Counted from the first letter of the stretch, positions 18,074 through 28,607 are shown. The stretch is 32,875 nucleotides of DNA from Opitutia bacterium (GCA_050506795.1 JBJHCF010000051.1:1-32875), one strand, 5' to 3'. The notes: generated from the sequence alone by a model not told the origin. Made by a program: numbers and translations.

Positions 18074-18898
18074 ATGCAGGTTTTTTGTATCGATATCGGC
18101 AACACCCACACCCACTTTGCGCTCCTCGGTGCGGAGCGGGTGACAGTCGAACCGAAGCGGATCGCCACGGTCGATATCGATCTCCCCGAGAACGGACTAT
18201 ACCGTGACCTGGCTGCTCTGGGACGCGATGCTCCCGGGAACTATGGCGTAGCCTTCTGCTCGGTCGTCCCATCGGCGGGGAAGATTCTCAGCGACCGTCT
18301 CGCCTCCCTGACCGATCGACCGCCAGTGTTTCATCTGACGAACAAAACCCTTCCGCCCGAAGTCCGCCTGAACTATCCCCGCCCGGAGGAAATCGGACAA
18401 GACCGCCTGGCCAACGCCGCCGCGGCCGTGTTCTTTCATCGCTTGCCCTGTGTGGTGATCGATCTGGGCACCGCCGTCACCTTCGATATAATTTCGGCCC
18501 GGAACGGCTACGAAGGGGGAATAATCGCCCCGGGAATCGGCATCATGACCCGTTACCTGCATCGACAAACCGCACTCCTGCCGCAACTATCGCAGGAACT
18601 TGCCACCGCCGGATCTATCGGCAAATCCACCCGCCAGGCCATGACCATTGGTTGCGTCACCGGATTCCGCGGCATGCTCGAAGCGCTGCTGCGCGCGGTA
18701 ATCGACGACCTCGCGGCCAACGGAGAGACCAATCCGAACCTGATCCTGACCGGCGGTTGCTCCGAATTTCTTTTTAATTCAAACTCGGGGGAATCCTGTT
18801 CCGAACGGAACAAACTGGCCGGAATTGAGGTTATGACAGTACCCGACCTCACCCTTCAGGGATTGGCGGCCGCATTTCGAGCCCGTAATTCGATTTGA
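18074..18898 (+). CDS. coaX: Type III pantothenate kinase
   Basis: IDIGNT, CSVVP, EIGQDRLANA, VIDLGTAVTFD, GGIIAPG, LTGG. Follows birA, a common pairing. Confidence 0.95.
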   Translation: MQVFCIDIGNTHTHFALLGAERVTVEPKRIATVDIDLPENGLYRDLAALGRDAPGNYGVAFCSVVPSAGKILSDRLASLTDRPPVFHLTNKTLPPEVRLNYPRPEEIGQDRLANAAAAVFFHRLPCVVIDLGTAVTFDIISARNGYEGGIIAPGIGIMTRYLHRQTALLPQLSQELATAGSIGKSTRQAMTIGCVTGFRGMLEALLRAVIDDLAANGETNPNLILTGGCSEFLFNSNSGESCSERNKLAGIEVMTVPDLTLQGLAAAFRARNSI

Positions 18899-18944
18899 AA
18901 CGATATTGCTAGAACCCTGTCGGAGTAGGTATCCTTATTTAAGC

Positions 18945-20000
18945 ATGGCAAGCACCGAAACACCATCCATCGTCGTCGATAACCTGGTTAAGAAATTCGC
19001 CGGGGTCACGGCCGTGAACGAGGTCGGATTCACGGTGGCCAAAGGAGAGATCATCGGGTTTCTCGGACCCAACGGAGCCGGAAAAAGCACGACCATGCGA
19101 ATCCTCACCGGATTCATTCCCGCCACCTCCGGTTCGGTAAGCGTGTGCGGCATCGACGTGGCGCGCGACCCGGAGCGAGTCAGGCGCCACATCGGCTACA
19201 TGCCCGAAAACAACCCGCTGCCGGAAGATATGAGGGTGGCGGAGTACCTCAAGCTCCGAGGCCGGCTGAAGGAAATCCCCCGCCGGCGGCTCAAATCCCG
19301 CCTGGACGAGGTCCTGGAGGTCTGCGACTTGAAACGGGCCGCCCGCAGGATCATCGGCACGCTTTCCAAAGGCTACCGCCAGCGGGTGGGAATCGCGGAC
19401 AGTATTCTGTCCGAACCGGACGTCATCATCATGGACGAACCCACCATCGGCCTGGATCCCCATCAAATAGTGATGATCCGGGATCTGATCGCCGGTTTAC
19501 GCGGCAAGATGAGCATCCTGATCTCCAGCCACATCCTCCCGGAAATCGAAATGACCTGTGACCGTGTGGTGATCATCAACGGCGGACGGGTGGTGGCCGC
19601 CAACACGCCGAGTAACCTGCGCCGGGAATTCATTCCCCGGACCACCTATACCGCCGAAATCCAGGGCGATCCGGAAGGGTTGGACGCCGCCCTGGCCCGC
19701 GCCGGACTATCGGGCGTTACCGCGGTCCCTCCGGAGGAATCCACGAACGGCGCCTTCTACCCGGTTTCTTTTACCACCGATTCCGAATCGGAAATCGGGG
19801 AAGAGCTGACCGAAGCCCTGCTGGCCGGACGGCGTTACCGGGTGCGCTCGCTGCGGCGGCTGACACCCTCCCTGGAAGAAGTCTTCATGGCCGCGACCCG
19901 AAGAAGCTGGGATGTCCTGATGCCGGACGAAAAGGAAAAATCCGGCCGCCGCGGAACACCCGTCGCCACCACCCCCATCAGCATCGCCAACGGAAGTTAA
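18945..20000 (+). CDS. ABC transporter ATP-binding protein, GldA-like
   Basis: Walker A GPNGAGKST, signature LSKGYRQRVGIA, Walker B IIMDEPTIGLDP, SSHILPE. Confidence 0.93.
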   Translation: MASTETPSIVVDNLVKKFAGVTAVNEVGFTVAKGEIIGFLGPNGAGKSTTMRILTGFIPATSGSVSVCGIDVARDPERVRRHIGYMPENNPLPEDMRVAEYLKLRGRLKEIPRRRLKSRLDEVLEVCDLKRAARRIIGTLSKGYRQRVGIADSILSEPDVIIMDEPTIGLDPHQIVMIRDLIAGLRGKMSILISSHILPEIEMTCDRVVIINGGRVVAANTPSNLRREFIPRTTYTAEIQGDPEGLDAALARAGLSGVTAVPPEESTNGAFYPVSFTTDSESEIGEELTEALLAGRRYRVRSLRRLTPSLEEVFMAATRRSWDVLMPDEKEKSGRRGTPVATTPISIANGS

Positions 20001-20037
20001 ACTCCTCCCAACCCGTACCGGATAGTCCAAATCGACA

Positions 20038-20799
20038 ATGCGCCATTTCGCCACGCTGCTCAGACACGAACTCCGAACGCTGTGTTACACGCCGGCCACT
20101 TACATCGCGGCCTTCCTGTTCCTGATTGTCATGGGATCGCTCTTTCAATGGGTGATCGAAACCTATAATCAGAGTGCGCAGGAAACCACCCCGTGGGTCA
20201 TATTCTTTCAGCTCTTCTGGCTGCCGGTGTTCTTCATGGTGCCTCTGCTGACCATGCGAAGCTTCGCCGAAGAGAAACGCATGGGAACGTTGGAAAATCT
20301 GATGACCACCCCGGCCAGAACCAGCGAAATCGTGCTGGCGAAATTCTTCTCCGCCTACACCCTTTACCTCCTCCTTTGGTGTGCCACCCTGGGCTTCAAC
20401 TTCATCCTCAACTATTTCGCCCAGGATCCCAGGCTGGTGGAGACCGGCCCGCTGCTCGGCGGTTTTATATTCTGCTCGCTGAGCGGGCTTCTCTTCATCG
20501 CCATCGGTATCTTCGCCAGCACGGTGACCCGCAGCCAGCTGGTGGCCGGAATCCTTTCCTTCACCCTGCTTTTTGGTTTGATCGTGGGTAGCCGTTATCT
20601 GTCCGAACTGAAACACATGGACACCATTCACTCGGCCCATCTGAGGAACTGGATCGACGCCCTGCAAATCTTCCAACACGCCGAAGACCTCAGCCGGGGT
20701 GTGCTGGATAGCCGCGCGGCCCTGTTTTACCTTTTGGCCACCGGCCTCATGTTGATCTTCAGCAACCTGGTGATTCGCAGCAAAGTCTGGAGAGGATGA
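20038..20799 (+). CDS. ABC-2 type permease, GldF-like
   Basis: Multiple TM helices, PLLTMRSFAEEKRMGTLENLMTTP, IVLAKF, SQLVA. Confidence 0.92.
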   Translation: MRHFATLLRHELRTLCYTPATYIAAFLFLIVMGSLFQWVIETYNQSAQETTPWVIFFQLFWLPVFFMVPLLTMRSFAEEKRMGTLENLMTTPARTSEIVLAKFFSAYTLYLLLWCATLGFNFILNYFAQDPRLVETGPLLGGFIFCSLSGLLFIAIGIFASTVTRSQLVAGILSFTLLFGLIVGSRYLSELKHMDTIHSAHLRNWIDALQIFQHAEDLSRGVLDSRAALFYLLATGLMLIFSNLVIRSKVWRG

Positions 20800-22277
20800 T
20801 CATGAAAACCAAGAAAGACTTCGCCTACTATCGCTGGTCAAACAACCTGAATACGCTCCTGCAGGTCGTTCTGGCCCTCGTGTTTTTCGCCGGAGCCATG
20901 CACGTGGGTTCGAAATTCTTCTGGCGGATCGATCTGACCGAAAACCACCGCTATTCCCTTTCGGCGGAAACCCTCTCGTACCTGGAGAACCTGGACACCA
21001 CCGTCCGGGTGATCGTCACCATCGCTCCGGACGGAAGCATGGACGAGCGGGATCAACTCTATCGCGACGTTCGCGGCCTGCTGCGCGAGTACGAGTACGC
21101 GGCCCGCAGCGACAGCGGCAGCCGTTTTCAGGTGGAATTCGTCAATATATTCCAACAACGCCAGCGAGCCCAGCTCATCGCCAGCGAATTCGGCGTGGAA
21201 CAGGAGGACCTGATTATCTTCGCGACGGAAAATCGCCAGCGTATCCTGTTTCCCAATGACATCTACGTAACACGCGACCGGCAACGCAAGAGCTTCCGTG
21301 GCGAGCAGATCTTCACCTCGGCCCTGCTCGACGTCACCGCGGAGAGACCGCAGACCCTTTACTTTGTCACCGGCCATCATGAAATGCGATTCAATGATCC
21401 GGATCCCTACCGGGGCTTGTCCCAATTGGGTGATGCCCTGTGGCAACGGAATTTCAGACTGGAATATCTCGACCTCAAAACCGTCGATCGCGTGCCCGAG
21501 GACGCCGACCTCGTGCTGCTGATTTCTCCGCAAACCCCACTACTCTCCCGCGAGGAAGAGATTCTCCGCCGCTACCTGGCCAATGATGCCGGGCGGCTCC
21601 TCGCCATGATCGACCCCCGCACCCGACACGGACTGGGCGAGTTATTCTACGAGTGGGGAATTCAGCTCGACGACGTGGTCATCATGGACGACGGTCCGGC
21701 CTCGCTGCCCGGCGGCGACCTGATCCTGACCCGCTACGCCGAACATCCCATCACACAGAGCCTGCTCTCCAACCACCTTCCCCTGATCGTAGGTTTCAGC
21801 CGCTCGGTGCGCGAAGACCCGGGCCGCCCGCTCGACGACTCCATCTCGCCCCAACCGCTGATCGGCACCTCCGACACCAGTTGGGGCGAGCGGTCCTACC
21901 GCCAGGATATCGCCTTCGTTTTCGACCCGGACATCGACCTTCCCGGTCCCCTGAGCATCGCATCCGTGTCCGAGAGACAGATTCCTTCACAACTTGGAAT
22001 CAACATTCCCGGGGGTCGCCTGGTGGTCTTCGGCACGTCCGACATGATCACCAACAACCGGATCAACTCGCCCGGAAACCTGACCCTATTCCTGAACGCC
22101 ATCAACTGGATGGTCGACCGCGACACCATGACCAACATCGCCCCTCGACCGATCGACCGCATTCAACTGGTCCTTTCCCGTGACGAGATCCGAAAACTCC
22201 GATTGACCCTGCTGGGCTTGTTGCCGGGGATGATGGCCCTTTGCGGCGTGGTCGTTTACTGGATAAGACGAAAGTGA
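20796..22277 (+). CDS. GldG-family ABC accessory protein (periplasmic GIFT-like domain, N- and C-terminal TM)
   Basis: RIDLTENHRYSLSAET, LLREYE, GEQIFTSAL, LYFVTGHHE, RLVVFGTSD, GNLTLFLNAINW, C-terminal TM ending YWIRRK. ATGA overlap with the permease stop. Confidence 0.9.
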   Translation: MIMKTKKDFAYYRWSNNLNTLLQVVLALVFFAGAMHVGSKFFWRIDLTENHRYSLSAETLSYLENLDTTVRVIVTIAPDGSMDERDQLYRDVRGLLREYEYAARSDSGSRFQVEFVNIFQQRQRAQLIASEFGVEQEDLIIFATENRQRILFPNDIYVTRDRQRKSFRGEQIFTSALLDVTAERPQTLYFVTGHHEMRFNDPDPYRGLSQLGDALWQRNFRLEYLDLKTVDRVPEDADLVLLISPQTPLLSREEEILRRYLANDAGRLLAMIDPRTRHGLGELFYEWGIQLDDVVIMDDGPASLPGGDLILTRYAEHPITQSLLSNHLPLIVGFSRSVREDPGRPLDDSISPQPLIGTSDTSWGERSYRQDIAFVFDPDIDLPGPLSIASVSERQIPSQLGINIPGGRLVVFGTSDMITNNRINSPGNLTLFLNAINWMVDRDTMTNIAPRPIDRIQLVLSRDEIRKLRLTLLGLLPGMMALCGVVVYWIRRK

Positions 22278-22290
22278 ATTATTTCCGATA

Positions 22291-24219
22291 ATGCGTACCA
22301 AAACCACCATTGCACTGCTGGTCGCGAACCTGGCTTTGTTCGCCTACATCTTTTACTTCGAAGGCGGTTTTTTCGGCAACGGCGGCGAAACGGAACGATC
22401 GCGGCAAATCTTTCATGCCGAAACCATTGACATCGACTATCTGCGCATCGAAGGCCGGAACATGGAAGCGACCCATGAACTGCAGCGAGAACGCGACCGT
22501 TGGCGCCTGCTGTCACCGGTGGCCTGGCCGGCCAACGAACACGCCGTCAGTCGCATCCTGAATCAGTTGCAATTCCTGGAAGCCGAGACCGGGTTTTCAC
22601 TTTCGGATCTGCAACGCGCGGGACAGGATTTGAGCGATTTCGGTCTCGACGATCCCTGGATCGCGCTGATCTTCGGACGCGAAGGCCGCCGTCACGAACT
22701 GAAAATCGGCGCCGCCACCGAATCCGGAAACCGCATTTACCTCCTCGATCCGGCCAGGGAAAGAATTCACGTTGTCCGCCGGGAACTGGCGCACGCCCTG
22801 ACCACGCCGCTGGAAGATCTGCGCAGCGATGCCGTCTTTCAGATCCCCCTGTTTGAAGTCCGAAGCCTGACCCTGGAAACCACGTCGCCCCGCAACGTGA
22901 AAATGCGGGTGGTGCGCACCGACGACCAGTGGAACTTCGAGACTCCAATTCAGGTGCGGGCCGACCGGCAAGCGGTCGAGGCGACGGTGAACAATCTGGC
23001 CGCGATCAAGGTACGCCGATTTGAAAACGACATTTCCGACGACCTCGAATCGTACGGTCTCGACCAACCGTTCATGCGCGTCACCCTCGACGGCAACATG
23101 CGGAGCCAATCGCTCCTGGTGGGAGCCGAAACCACCGGCGCCAATGGTGAACGGCAGTACTACGCCAAGATGCCGCGGGGGAGCACCGGAGCAACGGTCT
23201 TTACGGTGGCGGCAGACCGGATAGACCCGCTCGGCGCAGCGCAGGAGACCCTGCGCGACCGTGATTTCCTGCGTTTCGACATCGATCAACTCAGCGCTAT
23301 AAGCATCGGTGTGCCGACCCGAAATCCAATCGCCCTGCAAAGGCTGGAGACCGGAAGCTGGCAACTGGTGACCCGGGATCTCGATGAATCGATCCGGCTG
23401 CTGCGGGCGGACAGCGCCATCGTGAACCGTCTGATCAACCGGCTGGCCAACCTCCGGGCCCGTTCCTTTGTCAACGACGCCCCTTCCGCCGCCGACCTGG
23501 AAGACTACGGCTTCACCGAACCGCAGCGGCGGGTGGTTTTGAGCGGTGATCGCGAACGCACCCTCCTCCTGGGTTACTTCTCACCGACCCGCGCTAACGA
23601 AATCTTCGCCAAACTGGAGGGCTCCGACTTTGTTTACACGGTCGACAACTCCATTCTCGAGGTGCTTCCGGTAATCTCCCGCTTTTATCGTGATCGGCTT
23701 TTGATGAGTCGCCCCGAGGGTGCCCGAATCACCTCCATGACACTCTTTAGTCTGGATCGCGATACCGAACTTTTCAGCATCGAATTGCCTTCCAGGGAAG
23801 CGAACTGGGATGAAGTGCTGGACGAACACAATGAGGAAATTCGTCAGTCCATGCAGGCCCTTCTGCCGGAACTTCGTCAACTCCGGGTGGAAAGCTACAT
23901 TCTGAACGAATTCCCTCCCTTGCTGGAAATGGGACGGGAAACCCGGCACTGGGTCTACGTGCTGGAAACCACCTACGCCCTTACCGGCGGCGAAGAGGAC
24001 CAGATCAGTTATTTTGAACTCTACCTGACCGATCGGATGGGCGGGGATACCCTCCTGGCCGGGTCGCCGGAACTGAACGTCGTCTTTTCCGCGCGGCGCG
24101 AGTTCGTCGAAGCCATCAGCCGGTTGATCGATTACACTGAAAACGCACGCACCCGGTCGGAGGAGGCGGCGACCGATGTCGCGGATCCCCCGGAGAACAG
24201 CGACGTCCCGAGTTCCTGA
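22291..24219 (+). CDS. DUF4340-like membrane-anchored periplasmic repeat protein
   Basis: N-terminal TM and three repeats of W...P...A....V..L.L......L..(F/Y)G(L/F)..P (LSDFGLDDP, LESYGLDQP, LEDYGFTEP). DUF4340 genes commonly follow GldG-like genes. Confidence 0.8.
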   Translation: MRTKTTIALLVANLALFAYIFYFEGGFFGNGGETERSRQIFHAETIDIDYLRIEGRNMEATHELQRERDRWRLLSPVAWPANEHAVSRILNQLQFLEAETGFSLSDLQRAGQDLSDFGLDDPWIALIFGREGRRHELKIGAATESGNRIYLLDPARERIHVVRRELAHALTTPLEDLRSDAVFQIPLFEVRSLTLETTSPRNVKMRVVRTDDQWNFETPIQVRADRQAVEATVNNLAAIKVRRFENDISDDLESYGLDQPFMRVTLDGNMRSQSLLVGAETTGANGERQYYAKMPRGSTGATVFTVAADRIDPLGAAQETLRDRDFLRFDIDQLSAISIGVPTRNPIALQRLETGSWQLVTRDLDESIRLLRADSAIVNRLINRLANLRARSFVNDAPSAADLEDYGFTEPQRRVVLSGDRERTLLLGYFSPTRANEIFAKLEGSDFVYTVDNSILEVLPVISRFYRDRLLMSRPEGARITSMTLFSLDRDTELFSIELPSREANWDEVLDEHNEEIRQSMQALLPELRQLRVESYILNEFPPLLEMGRETRHWVYVLETTYALTGGEEDQISYFELYLTDRMGGDTLLAGSPELNVVFSARREFVEAISRLIDYTENARTRSEEAATDVADPPENSDVPSS

Positions 24220-24255
24220 AGACAAACCTTCGGAGCGCGGTCCCCGTTTCCAACC

Positions 24256-27000
24256 ATGAATACACCCTCCGTCACCCCGGCCCGACAAGCGCATAAACCG
24301 TCGCTTACCGGTCGGATCGCACGGACGGTTCTGCAGGCCATTTTGATCGTTCTTCTGCTCGCGCAGGTCTATTTCTGGCGACAGGGAGGGGTCCCCATTC
24401 CGGCATTCGCTGTCGGGCTCCTGGATGACCATTTGCAGGAGCAGGGACTGCGCCTCGACTACGCGGAGGCGAGATGGCATCCGACGGGTCGCGCGATATT
24501 GGCCGCTCCTCGCATCGAATCTCTCACTCACCCTTCGCTCGCCGTTAGCGCCGAACGGCTGGTCGTCCGATTCTCCGTTAAACGTCAGGAAAAAAACTTT
24601 CTTCGCCTGGACAACCTCGCTCTGGACGGCGCGAAGCTGCTCTGCCCGCCCGAACTCACCGCCTCCGGCAACCCGGAACTCCCGATACGGGACCTGCATC
24701 TCCGGGCCGGTCCCACCGAAGAGGGATGGCAAATCCATTCCTTGAGCTTTCAAGCGGACGGAATCAAAGCGGTTTTCAGCGGCGACCTTCCGTCTCCTCC
24801 CCCCCGCCCCCCGGAAGTCGAGCCTATAACCTGGGAGACGGGATTAATCAACGCTGCCAAAGTCATCTCACTCGCCGCAGGCGAAGCACTGCAAAACCTC
24901 GACCACGGCTGGTTGCAGGCCAGAACAGTTCTCCTGCCTGAGGACCGGATCGGCATACAAGCGGCTTTCTCCGCGGATGCATTTCAACATGACTCGGGAA
25001 TCCGCCTGGATCGAACCGCGGGACGCGCCGAATTCACTCTTGACCCACTTGAACCCACCGCTGCCGGACGCCTCGACCTGGCCGTGGGGAATGTCTCTTA
25101 TCGCGACGAAGGAAACCTGGAAAACGCGCGGATACGTCTGGATCTCCCTCCTGCGGTTCTCAACGGAGACCTGCCCGCGGTCACCCTTGGAATTACGGCG
25201 GAACAGGTTTTCGCGCTCGGGGAAACCGCGAGGAATTTCCTGCTCGAAGGAAATTCGTCGGAAGACCACCGGGCCGACCTGGAGTGGCACCTGACTCTGG
25301 GGGACGGACCGCTGCGCGGCAGCGCGAACTTGGACTGGAAGAACGGCGAAGGCGTGGTTTTCGCCGACGGTAACAGCAACCCAACCTCCGTCCTGCGCAA
25401 CCCGGTCCTGCGGGAGAGCGGGTTCCGCTTCGATGTGAGCTTCAGGGAACCTCCGGAAACCGAAGCCAAACTACGCTTCGGACCGGACTGGAAACCCGTG
25501 GAGGCCGAAATGGAGGTTCGCGCCGGAGCCTGCCTGATCGACGGCGTTGCCATGGATTCCGCCCTGGCAGCAGCCCGATGGACACCGGAGGTTTTTGACG
25601 TTCACACCATGATTCTTCAATACGGGGACTTCCGCGTCGCAGGATCCTACTGGAACGATCTCACCAACCGCGATTACCGCTTTCACTACCGGGGCACCGT
25701 GCGGCCGGGACACCTCTCCCCCTGGTTTGAATCCTGGTGGGACAACCTGTGGGAACCGTTCGCATTCGACGGCCCGCCACCCACCGCCGGAATCGACATC
25801 AGCGGACGCTGGGGCGACAATGATCGAATCCAGGTGCGTGGGTGGGCTTCCGGTCGTGAACTGCACCTGCGCGAGGTGCCGGTGGACCGGCTGGAAGCGC
25901 GCTACGAAGCCGGCGCCACCTGGGCAACGGTCACCGACGCGCGCCTGCAGCGACCGGAAGGATCTGCGGAAGGCCGCTTTCGATATGACCGCGGGGGCCT
26001 GGAAAACCTGTCGTTCGCCGTCAGCAGCAACCTCGACCCCCACGCGACCGCACGGCTCCTGGGAGATGAGGCGACAAACCTGCTCGCCCACTTCCAGTTT
26101 GAATCCCCACCCGAAGTGCGCGCGGAAGGAAGGCTTTTCCCCCCGGAAGGAACCCGCCCCCATCCGGACAGCACGCTCACCCTGCACGGTCTCACCGAAA
26201 ACCCGTTAACCGTTTGGGACGTCCCGCTGGACAGTCTCGATCTGGACCTGAACCTGGAGAATTCCATCCTCACCATGGATTCAATTCGCGGCGGTTTCTC
26301 CGGAGGCGAATTCGACGCGGCTCTGATCCTTCATCTGCGGGAATCGGGAAACCGGCTGGCGATCCGGGGCCAACTCCTTGACGCGGAATTCGGCGAAGGT
26401 ACGGCGACTCTCGTGCGACGAATCGCCCCGGATACGGAAGAAGATTCCATCGACAACCTGCGCAACCTCGGTGGACGGACGGATTTCGAACTGGACATCG
26501 AAGGTATTCCCGGGGATCCGGCGTCGTTCGAAGGACCCGGAAAGATCCATATCACCCGGGCCGAACTCGGCCGAATCCGCCTCCTGGGACTGCTTTCCAG
26601 GCTTCTCGATCTCACCCCGCTGAGGTTCACTTCACTGCAACTGAACGAACTGGAATCGACCTTCGAGGTGCAGGAAGAAAAGATCCATTTCCCGGACATG
26701 CGGCTGTCCGGTGCCAATGTCAGAATGGAAGCCCGGGGCGACTATTTCCTGGAGGATCGGACCCTGGATTTTCGAGTCAAACTCTTCCCCCTGCGTGAAA
26801 GTCCATTACCGCTTGTATCCACGGTCATAGGACGAATCCTCGAGCCCCTCGGTCACATCCTGGAAGTTTCTCTCACCGGCACATTGGAGGAACCGCTCTG
26901 GCGATTGCCCATCGATCCACGCCGCGCCTTCGACGAAGGAGAGGAATTTCCGGACCGCCCGCGACGAACCCACGGGCCCACTCAACCATTCGGCAATTGA
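24256..27000 (+). CDS. AsmA-like / repeated beta-groove envelope protein
   Basis: 914 aa, single N-terminal TM, beta-rich body, AsmA-type C-terminus (GPGKIHITRAELG...LLSRLL...IHFPDMRLSG...MEARGDYFLEDRTLDFRV...LEVSLTGTLEEPLW). Confidence 0.75.
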   Translation: MNTPSVTPARQAHKPSLTGRIARTVLQAILIVLLLAQVYFWRQGGVPIPAFAVGLLDDHLQEQGLRLDYAEARWHPTGRAILAAPRIESLTHPSLAVSAERLVVRFSVKRQEKNFLRLDNLALDGAKLLCPPELTASGNPELPIRDLHLRAGPTEEGWQIHSLSFQADGIKAVFSGDLPSPPPRPPEVEPITWETGLINAAKVISLAAGEALQNLDHGWLQARTVLLPEDRIGIQAAFSADAFQHDSGIRLDRTAGRAEFTLDPLEPTAAGRLDLAVGNVSYRDEGNLENARIRLDLPPAVLNGDLPAVTLGITAEQVFALGETARNFLLEGNSSEDHRADLEWHLTLGDGPLRGSANLDWKNGEGVVFADGNSNPTSVLRNPVLRESGFRFDVSFREPPETEAKLRFGPDWKPVEAEMEVRAGACLIDGVAMDSALAAARWTPEVFDVHTMILQYGDFRVAGSYWNDLTNRDYRFHYRGTVRPGHLSPWFESWWDNLWEPFAFDGPPPTAGIDISGRWGDNDRIQVRGWASGRELHLREVPVDRLEARYEAGATWATVTDARLQRPEGSAEGRFRYDRGGLENLSFAVSSNLDPHATARLLGDEATNLLAHFQFESPPEVRAEGRLFPPEGTRPHPDSTLTLHGLTENPLTVWDVPLDSLDLDLNLENSILTMDSIRGGFSGGEFDAALILHLRESGNRLAIRGQLLDAEFGEGTATLVRRIAPDTEEDSIDNLRNLGGRTDFELDIEGIPGDPASFEGPGKIHITRAELGRIRLLGLLSRLLDLTPLRFTSLQLNELESTFEVQEEKIHFPDMRLSGANVRMEARGDYFLEDRTLDFRVKLFPLRESPLPLVSTVIGRILEPLGHILEVSLTGTLEEPLWRLPIDPRRAFDEGEEFPDRPRRTHGPTQPFGN

Positions 27001-27027
27001 CCCGGCTAACCTCCGCCGACCCGCCGG

Positions 27028-27798
27028 CTACGTTCGCACCGGCTCGGCCAGGATCACTTCGACCCCCCTCTCCCGCAGCAATCCAACCTCCGCCTCGGGC
27101 GCCCGGCCGTCGGTTATGACACAATCTATCTTGTCCAGGGCGCAAACGAAGGACATCGACTTCCGTCCGAATTTGGTGTGGTCGAGACAAAAGATCACCT
27201 TGCGGGCCGCCGCGATCATCGCCCGCTGAATATCGACGAGCAGGGCATGGGAATTGTAGATCCCTTCCGCCGTGATCCCGCTGCCGCCCATGATCGCCAC
27301 GTCGGCATGCATGTCGGAAAAGGCGTTGACCGTCAGAGGACCGACCAGCACTCCCAGCCGGGGATAAAGGACGCCTCCCGACACCACCACCTCCACCAGG
27401 CTGGAAGACGAAAACAGATTGGCCACCGGCAGCGAGTTGGTTACGATATGCGGCTTTTTCGCCCCCAGGTGAGCGGCCACATGGTAAACGGTGGTGCCGG
27501 CGTCGACGATGATACTCTGATCGTCGTGCACCAACTCGGCGCAACAACGCCCGATCGCCTCCTTCTCCTCCGCCTGCCGGGTATCACGCATCCGAAACAC
27601 GAACTCATCGCCCTTCGGTTGTACAATGCGCGCGCCTCCATGGGTGCGCCGCACGGAGCCCCCGTCCTCCAATGCGGTCAGGTCCCTCCGGACGGTGGAA
27701 ACGGAAATATCGACATGCTGCGCAAGCTCCTCCAGCGAAGCAAATTCCACTTGCTGAAGGTACGCTTCCAACCGGGCCTGGCGCTCATCAGAGGTCAT
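27028..27798 (-). CDS. DeoR/GlpR family transcriptional regulator of the microcompartment locus
   Basis: HTH ELAQHVDISVSTVRRDLTALE, RTHGGA, EKEAIG, DAGTTV, VTNSL, DHTKFG. Confidence 0.96.
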   Translation of the reverse strand: MTSDERQARLEAYLQQVEFASLEELAQHVDISVSTVRRDLTALEDGGSVRRTHGGARIVQPKGDEFVFRMRDTRQAEEKEAIGRCCAELVHDDQSIIVDAGTTVYHVAAHLGAKKPHIVTNSLPVANLFSSSSLVEVVVSGGVLYPRLGVLVGPLTVNAFSDMHADVAIMGGSGITAEGIYNSHALLVDIQRAMIAAARKVIFCLDHTKFGRKSMSFVCALDKIDCVITDGRAPEAEVGLLRERGVEVILAEPVRT

Positions 27799-27801
27799 GA
27801 T

Positions 27802-27860
27802 AAATCAAATTGATTTGATAGATTTTGGAATATTTTGGAAAGTTTTTGCGCTTTTTGCAA
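27802..27860. promoter_or_regulatory. Candidate operator region: overlapping palindromes plus 10-bp phased direct repeats
   Basis: AAATCAA-A-TTGATTT (27802-27816) overlaps ATCAAAT-TG-ATTTGAT (27804-27819). ATTTTGGAA at 27822 and 27832, then TTTTTGC twice. AT-rich divergent intergenic region. Confidence 0.55.
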
Positions 27861-27868
27861 TTTAATTA

Positions 27869-27898
27869 TTGACCCTTTTTCAGACCGGCCCCTACTAT
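27869..27898 (+). promoter_or_regulatory. Putative sigma70 promoter of the BMC operon
   Basis: TTGACC (27869-27874), 18-bp spacer, TACTAT (27893-27898), 28 bp upstream of ATG 27927. Confidence 0.6.
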
Positions 27899-27926
27899 GA
27901 CCCCCGGTAAATCGAAAACAAGTCTT

Positions 27927-28607
27927 ATGCAAAGCCCAGCCTCAAAGCTGCCCGACCGGGCGGTCATCGAACATTTCGTCCGGCAGGCCGTTTACCGCCA
28001 GTTGGGAAAACCAGTTCCCGCCGCAGCGGCGGCCCCCAACCCGCTGGTCGTCAATGTAAGCGCCCGCCACTGTCACGTCACCCAGGACGCGGTCGATACC
28101 CTTTTTGGCAAAGGCCACCAACTGCGAGTCCACAAGTGGCTCTACCAGGAAGGCCACTTCGCCGCCAAGGAAACGGTGACCCTCATCGGCCCGCGCAGCC
28201 GGGTCATTTCCAATCTTCGCATTCTCGGGCCCTGCCGCAATATCAACCAAGTCGAGCTGGCCTACACCGACGCCATCGCGCTCGGGTTCGACGTCCCGCT
28301 CCGCCTCTCCGGCGACATCGCCAACACCCCCGGGTGCATGCTGATGGGTCCGGCCGGCTTCCTGGAAATGCCCGTTGGGGTCATTCGCGCCCGGCGCCAC
28401 GTGCACATGCATCCGGACGACGCCCGCTTTTACGGAGTAAAAGACAAGCAGATGATGAAGCTTCGGGTTGGCGGACCGTGCGGGATCACCTTCGAGGAGG
28501 TCCTGGTCCGCATGGACGAAAAGGTGAAACTCGAAGTCCATATCGACACCGATGAAGGCAACGCCTGCAACCTCGGCCCCGACACCCCCTGCGAACTCCT
28601 GAAGTAA
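27927..28607 (+). CDS. pduL: PduL-type phosphotransacylase with N-terminal encapsulation peptide
   Basis: [49 protein letters not shown]-terminal amphipathic helix [17 protein letters not shown] followed by a Pro/Ala linker. Confidence 0.93.
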   Translation: MQSPASKLPDRAVIEHFVRQAVYRQLGKPVPAAAAAPNPLVVNVSARHCHVTQDAVDTLFGKGHQLRVHKWLYQEGHFAAKETVTLIGPRSRVISNLRILGPCRNINQVELAYTDAIALGFDVPLRLSGDIANTPGCMLMGPAGFLEMPVGVIRARRHVHMHPDDARFYGVKDKQMMKLRVGGPCGITFEEVLVRMDEKVKLEVHIDTDEGNACNLGPDTPCELLK

